Positions 18,847-25,633 of a stretch of DNA of 49,165 nt are shown here, piece by piece. The translations under genes and the position numbers were made by a program. The stretch is from positions 1 through 49,165 of IMG/VR virus record IMGVR_UViG_3300035183_000834. One strand, given 5' to 3'. The stretch is from a virus (lineage: Duplodnaviria; Caudoviricetes). Under the pieces are notes generated by a model, which saw nothing but the letters and a program-made list of their open reading frames with translations, was not told the DNA's origin and searched no databases. Each line of letters starts with the position of its first letter. The stretch's first letter is position 1.

Positions 18847-19136
18847 AGCAGCAGATGACGAATACCGAAACCGCGGCAGTGTATTTGGGAGTGCTTCTGA
18901 TTGCGGGCCTGTTAGCCTACAGCATCGCCGCATCGCTTGGATGGCAGTACTTGTTCTCGCTGATCGGCTCCATGGCGCTGGTGTTCGGCATTGCCATGTT
19001 CTCCCTGCCGAAGGTTGCCCGGTGGGCCGCAGTCATGCTGCTCGCCCACGCCGACGCAGTGGACAGCTACCTGGAGAAGGAGGTGGAGGCCTACCGCCGG
19101 TACGAGCGCGAAATTCTGCAGCGCGGGGAGGAGTGA
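18843..19136 (+). CDS. Two-TM membrane protein
   Basis: AVYLGVLLIAGLLAYSIAA and YLFSLIGSMALVFGIAMF. Confidence 0.65.
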   Translation: MKQQMTNTETAAVYLGVLLIAGLLAYSIAASLGWQYLFSLIGSMALVFGIAMFSLPKVARWAAVMLLAHADAVDSYLEKEVEAYRRYEREILQRGEE

Positions 19137-19139
19137 GCC

Positions 19140-20519
19140 ATGGACGTGCGTCTGGTGGACAGGCCGGATCCGGCCAATGCGTACCGTATCGACAGGGGCT
19201 GTCTGGAAATGATCGACGAGTTCCATGCCCACGGAATTCTCGCCGACCCGGAGCGGTTCCGCGAGCTGGACGCGAAAGTGGCGTCGGAACTGGAGCAGGC
19301 GCGAAGAGAGCTGCGCGACATCGCCGGGCGCGAGGTCAACGTCGGCAGCAGTGCGGATCTGGCGCGGTATCTGTACGACGAGCGCAAGCTGGAGCCTCCG
19401 CTGGGGCTGCGCTACACGGCGTCGGGCGCCCGCTCAACCGACAGCGAAACGCTGAAATCGATGCTGCAGCTCGATCCGAGCGTCCGGCTCGTGCTTCGCA
19501 TCCGCGAACTTGCCAAGCTGCGCAGCACCTACACGCAGCCGCTGCCGCAGATGATCCAGCCGGACGGGCGCATCCGCACCACGTTCCGCCACACATCCAC
19601 GGAAACCGGGAGGCTGACCAGCGATAACCCGAACCTGCAAAACATCCCTGGCAGAACGAAATTGGGCCTTGCCATCCGGGACTGCTTTGTCGCACCGCCG
19701 GGGCGCGTGCTGATCAGTTGCGATCTGAGCCAGATCGAGATGGTGCTGGCCGGGCATCTCAGCGGCGACGAGACGCTGCTCAATGCGATCCGCAACGGCA
19801 GCGACATCCACACGCTCACCGCAGTGAACGCAATGGGCGTTGCCGAGGCGCAGAAGCAGTACTACATCGGGCTGAGCCTGAAGGCCAAGCGGGAGGATGC
19901 CGGAGGCAACGAGGAATGGACGGACGAAGAGAGAGCTGACTGGAAGCGGTTCAAGCAGGAAGTGCGGCTGCCGGCGAAAACCGTGGGATTCGGCATCCTG
20001 TACGGGCAGAAGCCGCAGGGCGCACAGTACAACATCGTGGCGCAAGGCGGTCCGCTCCTGCCGCTGGAGCAGTGCGAGCAGATGGTGGAGAGCTTTTTCC
20101 GCACCTACCCGGGCATCCGGCGCTGGATGCAGCTGCAGGAATCGCGGGCCACGACGTTCGGCTGCGTCTGGGACATGTTCGGGCGGGTCCGGTTGCTGCC
20201 CACGGCGATGAGCACGCACGCGCCGCTGGCCAGGAAAGCGGTGCGCGAAGCGGGGAACATGCCCATCCAGTCAAGCGCACAGGGAATTCTGAAGATTGCG
20301 ATGAACCGGGCGATGGAACTCGTGCGCGAGTTCCGCAGCCTGGGATTCGCAGTGCTGCCTCTGCTCCAGATCCATGACGAGCTGGTGTTCGAGGCTGACG
20401 AGGACTGCGCGGAGGATTTCGCCTCCGCGTTGCGGCAAATCATGGTCAGCGCAGTGAAGCTGAGCGTGGACTACAATGCCAGCTACTCCATTGCGAGGAG
20501 CTGGGGACAACTGAAATGA
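19140..20519 (+). CDS. polA: DNA polymerase family A, polymerase domain only
   Basis: TGRLTS.NPNLQNIP; motif A DLSQIE; motif B AKTVGFGILYG; motif C QIHDELVFE. Confidence 0.95.
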   Translation: MDVRLVDRPDPANAYRIDRGCLEMIDEFHAHGILADPERFRELDAKVASELEQARRELRDIAGREVNVGSSADLARYLYDERKLEPPLGLRYTASGARSTDSETLKSMLQLDPSVRLVLRIRELAKLRSTYTQPLPQMIQPDGRIRTTFRHTSTETGRLTSDNPNLQNIPGRTKLGLAIRDCFVAPPGRVLISCDLSQIEMVLAGHLSGDETLLNAIRNGSDIHTLTAVNAMGVAEAQKQYYIGLSLKAKREDAGGNEEWTDEERADWKRFKQEVRLPAKTVGFGILYGQKPQGAQYNIVAQGGPLLPLEQCEQMVESFFRTYPGIRRWMQLQESRATTFGCVWDMFGRVRLLPTAMSTHAPLARKAVREAGNMPIQSSAQGILKIAMNRAMELVREFRSLGFAVLPLLQIHDELVFEADEDCAEDFASALRQIMVSAVKLSVDYNASYSIARSWGQLK

Positions 20520-20530
20520 GAGGACGAAAC

Positions 20531-20908
20531 ATGGCAACCAGAAACGAAGAACCTGTCCGGATGGAGGAGCTGGGGATTGCGCCGGAGGAGCTGGAGAGCT
20601 TCTCGCGCACCCTGGCGCAGTACATGGATGTGCGCAACCGCATCCGCGAACTGGAGGACGAGCAAAAAGCGGCCAAGGAATGGCTGATGGAATTCCTGTT
20701 GTCGCGGGGCCTTGAGAAGGCGCAGTACGAGTCGGTGGTCCTGAGCTACCGCGTGCAGGAGCGGCGCATGATCAGCCGAGAGAAGCTGCTGCGCAACGGA
20801 GTCCGGCCCGACATCATCGCCCGCAGCGAGGACGTGACCCAGTTCGCGGTGCTGGACGTGCGCGAGAAGAGGCGGAAACTGGGCGCCAGCGAGGCGATGA
20901 TGGAGTAG
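20531..20908 (+). CDS. Hypothetical coiled-coil protein
   Basis: GAGG SD before ATG 20531. Confidence 0.7.
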   Translation: MATRNEEPVRMEELGIAPEELESFSRTLAQYMDVRNRIRELEDEQKAAKEWLMEFLLSRGLEKAQYESVVLSYRVQERRMISREKLLRNGVRPDIIARSEDVTQFAVLDVREKRRKLGASEAMME

Positions 20909-20913
20909 CGGCG

Positions 20914-21306
20914 ATGCGGATCGTCATGACGAACCCCAGGGTGGCGGCGGTGCACCGCCGCTGCCACACAACCGTGGTGGTGCTCCAGGAACGCGGCTAC
21001 GAGATCGAGCTGCTGTACACGAGCCTCGCCGCTCTGGACGCGCTCGCGGAGGACATGGCCGCCGGCGTGGACGCAGCGCTGGACGGACAGGCGGGCACGG
21101 AGTGGCACAACCCGAAATGCGCAGTGCGCACTCGCCGCAGCGACGAGATCAGTGATCTGCTGTACGACGCCGGGCTGCTGGAGAGGCCTGCGTTCATGAG
21201 GCGCAGCAAGAGCGTCAGTACGCCGCGCGGCGAGGGCGCCCGCGTGCAGCGGATCGAGAGTGTGGCGGGATCAAATGATCCCAAGCCCAAGGCGAAGTCA
21301 GAGTGA
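20914..21306 (+). CDS. Hypothetical protein
   Basis: GGAG SD, tight packing. Confidence 0.6.
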   Translation: MRIVMTNPRVAAVHRRCHTTVVVLQERGYEIELLYTSLAALDALAEDMAAGVDAALDGQAGTEWHNPKCAVRTRRSDEISDLLYDAGLLERPAFMRRSKSVSTPRGEGARVQRIESVAGSNDPKPKAKSE

Positions 21307-21310
21307 CGTC

Positions 21311-21661
21311 ATGGCGCGGCGCAGAGTGGCGGTGCCGTGTGCGTTGTGCGGCGCACAAGTTCCGACCGCGACGCAGTGGCTGAAGGCGCAACCGGATCTG
21401 CGGCGGATGTGCAGCGGCTGCCGGCTGCGGCAGAAGCGGCTGCGACTGGCGCTGCACCGCGCTGCGCCGCGCATCGAGGCGCTGTTGTGGGTCGCCAGGG
21501 AGGCGTTGCGGCAAGCGGAAGCGGCGCTGGACGCCATACCGGATCTCAGGGAGATCGAGCGGGCGGGCTACCGGGCGCGAGTGCCGGCATCGCTATGGAC
21601 ATCCATAGAGGAGATGCTGCCGGAGTGGCTGCGGCGGCTTGAGGGAGGAGTCGATAAATGA
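21311..21661 (+). CDS. Zn-finger hypothetical protein
   Basis: CALC...CSGC pairs. Confidence 0.55.
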   Translation: MARRRVAVPCALCGAQVPTATQWLKAQPDLRRMCSGCRLRQKRLRLALHRAAPRIEALLWVAREALRQAEAALDAIPDLREIERAGYRARVPASLWTSIEEMLPEWLRRLEGGVDK

Positions 21662-21760
21662 TTTGCTATCAGTACTTTGCAGACATCAAGAGGATTTGCA
21701 GAGCGCCTGCTGCGGCATGCGGGCGCAGAGACGGGATCCGCAAGTCCATGAAAACAGGGA

Positions 21761-21811
21761 GAATATTTTTTCGAAAAAACTGTTGACAGTCTGACAGTGG
21801 CGGGGCATAAT
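21761..21811 (+). promoter_or_regulatory. Strong sigma70 promoter with UP-like element
   Basis: TTGACA (21783-88)-17 bp-CATAAT (21806-11), preceded by AATATTTTTTCGAAAAAAC. Confidence 0.88.
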
Positions 21812-21817
21812 CAAATC

Positions 21818-22100
21818 ATGACGGGCACAGCCCGGCGGCCTGGGAGATCAGGACGCCGAGCGGTGCTCGGCGACGGCAGCGCCGCCCCATCAAGGCGGTA
21901 GGCGCCGTTGCGGTGACCTGCCCCGGCCACCGGGGGCAGGGAGCTGCACACACAGGTGGCAGCCTCCCCGGGGTGAGGGCGTCCCCCGGGCGGGCGGATA
22001 CAGCGCCACCACGCTTCGGCCAATAGGCTCAGAAGCGCCGCCCCATCAAGGCGGTGAGCCTGAGCACACCGAGGCGTGGAACGGAGGACGCCCTCCCCAG
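21818..22100 (+). ncRNA. Highly structured leader RNA with a duplicated hairpin
   Basis: Many stems; identical 22-mer AGCGCCGCCCCATCAAGGCGGT at 21878 and 22034; long-range pairings ~21975/22086 and ~22009/22069. Confidence 0.6.
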
Positions 22101-22117
22101 AAAACAAGGAGAAAACA

Positions 22118-22333
22118 ATGCCAAGACACAAGCACTCAGTCCTATTGGAGTTCGACGTTCCACATAACCCCAGCCGAAGACGGCAGTTTTGTCGGTGCGG
22201 CTGGCTCCGTGACGTGTACGGAGCCGACGGCGAGCTTTTCCGCCGTGAGTATGGTCCATGGCGTCAAGCGGAGACGCTTGACGAACTCAACGACTATCTG
22301 CGGGAAATGGCGCTCGCCAAAGATCGCCATTAA
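22118..22333 (+). CDS. Small early protein (before ribozyme 1)
   Basis: AAGGAG SD; TAA directly precedes hammerhead 1. Confidence 0.75.
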   Translation: MPRHKHSVLLEFDVPHNPSRRRQFCRCGWLRDVYGADGELFRREYGPWRQAETLDELNDYLREMALAKDRH

Positions 22334-22406
22334 CCCGCCTGACGAGTCCCCTCATGCGGCAGGGGGACGAAACACGGGACTTGCCCCGTGTCGCGGAATT
22401 GCCGCA
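22334..22406 (+). ncRNA. Type I hammerhead ribozyme 1 (cleavage predicted after C22392)
   Basis: CUGACGA-stem II-GAAA-stem III-GUC; stem I CCGC/GCGG; loop II UGCGGC complementary to 3' GCCGCA. Confidence 0.93.
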
Positions 22407-22417
22407 AGGAGAAGGGA

Positions 22418-22612
22418 ATGGAGAACCTCATCAGCATCTTCGATCTTTCCCGCGAGAAGCAGGTGTCCATCGATGTTATCGAGGAGCTTATCGAAGCAAA
22501 GCTCCTCTCCGCCACCCCCGACAGGTTTTGGATCACCCGTTCCTCCGTGGAAGCGCTTGACCGCTTCCTTGAGGCCGTGCGTGAGCTCAGGGAGTATTGG
22601 GAATCCGCCTGA
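22418..22612 (+). CDS. Small protein, ribozyme cassette 1
   Basis: SD after HH1; stop TGA is within the CUGA core of HH2. Confidence 0.75.
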   Translation: MENLISIFDLSREKQVSIDVIEELIEAKLLSATPDRFWITRSSVEALDRFLEAVRELREYWESA

Positions 22613-22674
22613 CGAGTCCTCCCGTGCGGCGGGGGACGAAACACGGGGCTTGCCCCGTGTCGCGGGAAGCCGCA
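22604..22674 (+). ncRNA. Type I hammerhead ribozyme 2 (cleavage predicted after C22661)
   Basis: Complete core; stems GUCCUCC/GGGGGAC and ACACGGGG/CCCCGUGU; pseudoknot UGCGGC/GCCGCA. Confidence 0.93.
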
Positions 22675-22689
22675 GAGAGGAAGGGAGAC

Positions 22690-22950
22690 ATGACTGACAT
22701 CAACGCCATCGCCGACCGTGCCGCACGATCCGGCTGGTTTCGGATTCCGCGTGCCGAGGAGGGACCGTTAACCGACAACGGCTATCGGTATCGGTCAGGA
22801 GCTTGGGCCATCGACGTTTTCTACGGTCCGGGCAACCGCCCGGTGTCCGCCGAGATCGTTGACTGGCCCGACAATGCAACCCGCGCCTCTGCGCGGCGCA
22901 AACTGAAGGTGCTGCTCTCGAGGCTCCTCGAGAGTGAGGAGACTGCCTGA
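22690..22950 (+). CDS. Small protein, ribozyme cassette 2
   Basis: GGAG SD; stop TGA is within the core of HH3. Confidence 0.75.
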   Translation: MTDINAIADRAARSGWFRIPRAEEGPLTDNGYRYRSGAWAIDVFYGPGNRPVSAEIVDWPDNATRASARRKLKVLLSRLLESEETA

Positions 22951-23014
22951 CGAGTCCCCCCGTGCGGCGGGGGGACGAAACACCCGGGCGTCCGGGTGTC
23001 GCGGGATTGCCGCA
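22943..23014 (+). ncRNA. Type I hammerhead ribozyme 3 (cleavage predicted after C23000)
   Basis: Complete core; covaried stem III ACACCCGG/CCGGGUGU; pseudoknot retained. Confidence 0.93.
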
Positions 23015-23026
23015 GAAAGGAATGGT

Positions 23027-23254
23027 ATGAACAAAAATGGCTTCGTCAAGGTGCGCAACAGGCATGGTTTTGTCACCATGCATGCCGGTTTCTCGATTCT
23101 CGGTGCAGAATCTGCGCTGAGTAGGAATGCCTGGACCGTCTGCGCGCGCGACGCAGACGGCGAGGAGTGGGCGTGGGCGCGTTTGGCCACGCCCGCAGAA
23201 GCACAGCAATGGCTCGCCCAGGGGAACAACCTGGGCGAGTGGGTGGAGGCCTGA
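23027..23254 (+). CDS. Small protein, ribozyme cassette 3
   Basis: AAGGA SD after HH3; 75 aa. Confidence 0.75.
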   Translation: MNKNGFVKVRNRHGFVTMHAGFSILGAESALSRNAWTVCARDADGEEWAWARLATPAEAQQWLAQGNNLGEWVEA

Positions 23255-23264
23255 CCCTCCCCAA

Positions 23265-23330
23265 CCCGCCTGACGAGTCCCCCGCGGTGGGGGACGAAAC
23301 GCCCCTTGCGGGGCGTCGCGGGATGCCGCA
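23265..23330 (+). ncRNA. Type I hammerhead ribozyme 4 (cleavage predicted after C23317)
   Basis: Complete core; stem III ACGCCCC/GGGGCGU; loop II GCGGU pairs with GCCGC. Confidence 0.92.
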
Positions 23331-23343
23331 GAGAGGAGAAACT

Positions 23344-23619
23344 ATGATCATCTTCCGAAATGCAGATAATACCATCGTCGGCTGGGTGCCGATCAGCACG
23401 CGCGAGGTCGAAAGCATCGCCCACGCATGCGCCGCGGAAGCGCGGCACCTCGCCGCAATCGGATGCCGGAACTGGACTGCGCACTCGCCCGAGGTTCACT
23501 CCTATCTATTCGGGAGTCCGGGCGACGGCATCATCGCCAAGTATGCGCCTGGATCGGCAGACCACGGACACTGGCTGCCGGAGTCGCCGGAGCAGTGGCT
23601 CCGGCTCTGGACCGCCTGA
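23344..23619 (+). CDS. Small protein, ribozyme cassette 4
   Basis: GAGGAG SD; stop TGA is within the core of HH5. Confidence 0.75.
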   Translation: MIIFRNADNTIVGWVPISTREVESIAHACAAEARHLAAIGCRNWTAHSPEVHSYLFGSPGDGIIAKYAPGSADHGHWLPESPEQWLRLWTA

Positions 23620-23678
23620 TGAGCCCCCGCGCGGCTGGGGGCGAAACGCCCCGCGAGGGGCGTCGCGGAATTGCCGCG
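23612..23678 (+). ncRNA. Type I hammerhead ribozyme 5 (cleavage predicted after C23664)
   Basis: CUGAUGA core; stem II GCCCCC/GGGGGC; GNRA-capped stem III; covaried pseudoknot CGCGGC/GCCGCG. Confidence 0.93.
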
Positions 23679-23691
23679 AAAGGAGATCGAG

Positions 23692-24453
23692 ATGGCTTAC
23701 GTCATCGTCGATGACATGACCCAGTCCGTCATCGACGGACCCTACTCGTCCCGCGCCGATGCGGAGCAGGCTCTGCTCCGCATCGGCCTGGACTCGGCGT
23801 ATGTCGCCGAGTCCCCGGCTCCGGAGCCGCCGTCCCGCCCCGGCACGGAGCAGATCGAGGCTCTGCGCCGGCGGTGGCGCCATATCGCCGGCGGCCACTG
23901 GGTGGCCGCGTACAACGCCATGCGGCGCGGCGAGTGGGAGACCATGCGCCGCGAGGCGGGTGCGGCCAAGGACGCCCGCGCCCACGCCGACCCCATGGTC
24001 GGCGCGGTCTTCGGCGGCCCGCCCCCCATTCCCCGCGGCCTGGAGCGCTACGAGGAGGCGGGCGCCCGCTACGAGCGGGAGATCTCGCGCCTCGCCGGCG
24101 CCGTCAGCGCCGAGATGCGCCGTCACGAGGACTGGCGGCGCGAGATGCGCCTCTGGGAGCGCGAGGCCCGCCGGCGCGGCGGCGACGCTCGCCAGCTCTT
24201 CCGCGAGTTCCACCGCATCGCGGATGCCCTCCCCGCCGCCGGCGCCAAGGTGTCGGTGCTGCTGCGCCCGGCTGTGCGCGGCACTCATCATGAGGCCGAA
24301 CTGGACGGCTCCCGGCTGCTCGTCTACGTTCCGTTCGAGCAGCGGCTGGCCCCGGGCAAGCGCCGCCGGGCCGTAGTCGAGCTGCGGGAGCACAGCAGCC
24401 CGCCTGATCATCATCGTGCGGCCAACTGGGTCCGCTGGGAGGATGAACCATGA
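23692..24453 (+). CDS. Hypothetical Arg/Ala-rich protein
   Basis: AAGGAG SD right after HH5. Confidence 0.7.
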   Translation: MAYVIVDDMTQSVIDGPYSSRADAEQALLRIGLDSAYVAESPAPEPPSRPGTEQIEALRRRWRHIAGGHWVAAYNAMRRGEWETMRREAGAAKDARAHADPMVGAVFGGPPPIPRGLERYEEAGARYEREISRLAGAVSAEMRRHEDWRREMRLWEREARRRGGDARQLFREFHRIADALPAAGAKVSVLLRPAVRGTHHEAELDGSRLLVYVPFEQRLAPGKRRRAVVELREHSSPPDHHRAANWVRWEDEP

Positions 24454-24641
24454 ACGAAAAAACCACCACAACGCGCGGGATCAGCATCCCGCAGGAGTTG
24501 CTGGATGAACTGGACGAGGTGCGCTGGCAGCAGAGGCGCAGCCGCAGCTCGGCTATCACCGAGGCGATCAAGCTTTGGCTCCGGCACCAGAGGCCGGAGT
24601 CTTGGCGCAACCAGAAACGCAAACCACAGGAGGAACAATGA
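24450..24641 (+). CDS. Ribbon-helix-helix (CopG-like) regulator
   Basis: RGISIPQELLDELDEV...RSRSSAITEAIKLWL. Confidence 0.85.
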   Translation: MNEKTTTTRGISIPQELLDELDEVRWQQRRSRSSAITEAIKLWLRHQRPESWRNQKRKPQEEQ

Positions 24642-25036
24642 CTGTACTGAATCTGACCCAGCATCCCGCCACGCCGGATCAGGTCGAGGCAGGCGTGGTG
24701 GAGCCGCCTGACAAGGCGCTCGTGCAGCGCCTGCTCACATTTGACGAGATCCCCGATCCGGTGGAGATTGCCACGCGGGCGTTCGCTCTCGCCGACATTG
24801 CGGCAGAGTACGCCGATTACCATCATGTCGACGCCGTCATGATCGGCGGCGCGCCGTACCTGATGTCCGCTCTGGAGGCGGCGCTGAAGGCGGTCGATAT
24901 CCAGCCGGTGTACGCATTCACCCGGCGGGACGTCGTCGAGCGCGTGCAGCCGGACGGCAGCGTGGCCAAGATTGCCGTGTTCCGGTTTGCCGGCTGGGTC
25001 CGCCCGTGGCCCTACGGTGAGGGGGAGGAGGAGTAA
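24638..25036 (+). CDS. Phage protein resembling the Csx20 family
   Basis: NLTQHPATPDQ; DAVMIGG; PVYAFTRR..E...DGSVAK..F pattern, recalled rather than searched. Confidence 0.5.
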   Translation: MTVLNLTQHPATPDQVEAGVVEPPDKALVQRLLTFDEIPDPVEIATRAFALADIAAEYADYHHVDAVMIGGAPYLMSALEAALKAVDIQPVYAFTRRDVVERVQPDGSVAKIAVFRFAGWVRPWPYGEGEEE

Positions 25037-25038
25037 TC

Positions 25039-25248
25039 ATGTTCGTGCGAGGCTTCGTGTACGGAGTTGTCTGCGGCGGCCTGGGCGCCGCCGCCGCCCT
25101 CAACATCGAGGCGGGCAAATTCGGATACGCCGCTGCGGATATCGCTCTCAGCTCCGCGGCGCTGCTGCTCGCCGCGCGGGAATGGTTGCGCACCCGGCGG
25201 TTCGCGCGTCTGGTGGAGAAGATCGGAGGTCTGCCATGCGGCTGGTGA
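25039..25248 (+). CDS. Small membrane protein
   Basis: GGAGGAG SD; two hydrophobic segments. Confidence 0.6.
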   Translation: MFVRGFVYGVVCGGLGAAAALNIEAGKFGYAAADIALSSAALLLAAREWLRTRRFARLVEKIGGLPCGW

Positions 25249-25376
25249 TCCAGTACCGGAAGCCCAGCCTGCCGCTCCGGCTTCTGTGGGCCGCAGTCAT
25301 GCTGGCCGGGTTGGCGCTGATGACGGCGATCCCTGTCGCCATCGGGTATCTCTGGCTCACGCGGAGGCTGCCATGA
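25236..25376 (+). CDS. Small membrane protein
   Basis: GGAGG SD; LLWAAVMLAGLALMTAIPVAIGYLWL. Confidence 0.55.
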   Translation: MRLVIQYRKPSLPLRLLWAAVMLAGLALMTAIPVAIGYLWLTRRLP

Positions 25377-25633
25377 CTGCGCACAGGAAGCATTCCTGGC
25401 TTCGCCGCATCGATCCGGCGCGGCTTCCTGTGGAATCCCTGCTCGACGCCATGGAGCAGGATCTCGGCGTCGGCGTGTGCCTTGCCTGCTACGAGGAGCA
25501 GGATCAGGTGGAGCCGGACGGGCAGGGGCTGCTCTGCGAGTCCTGCGGAGAGCACGCCGTGTACGGCGTCGAGATCATCGTGATGGCGGTGCCCTCGACC
25601 GTGTTCGGGGGCGCGGAGGATGACGTGCAATGA
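25373..25633 (+). CDS. Zn-ribbon protein
   Basis: GVCLAC...VEPD...CESCGEHAVYG. Confidence 0.7.
   Translation: MTAHRKHSWLRRIDPARLPVESLLDAMEQDLGVGVCLACYEEQDQVEPDGQGLLCESCGEHAVYGVEIIVMAVPSTVFGGAEDDVQ

Noticed and set aside
16750-18933. Long antisense ORFs (also 26440..28476, 45384..47675, 12366..13997, 6780..8234)
   Set aside because: Shadows of real + strand genes in high-GC DNA, with no motifs or SD
18277-19139. Intron or intein interrupting the polymerase
   Set aside because: The interval is filled by two tightly packed ORFs; I saw no group I/II intron, homing endonuclease or intein motifs
21881-21899. tRNA gene or anticodon-arm mimic (7-nt loop)
   Set aside because: No cloverleaf, T-loop or U33; kept only as part of the leader RNA finding
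22334-23678. CRISPR array or simple terminators as the explanation for the repeats
   Set aside because: Spacing is 270-350 nt with whole ORFs between copies, the repeats covary structurally, carry the hammerhead core and lack U-tracts
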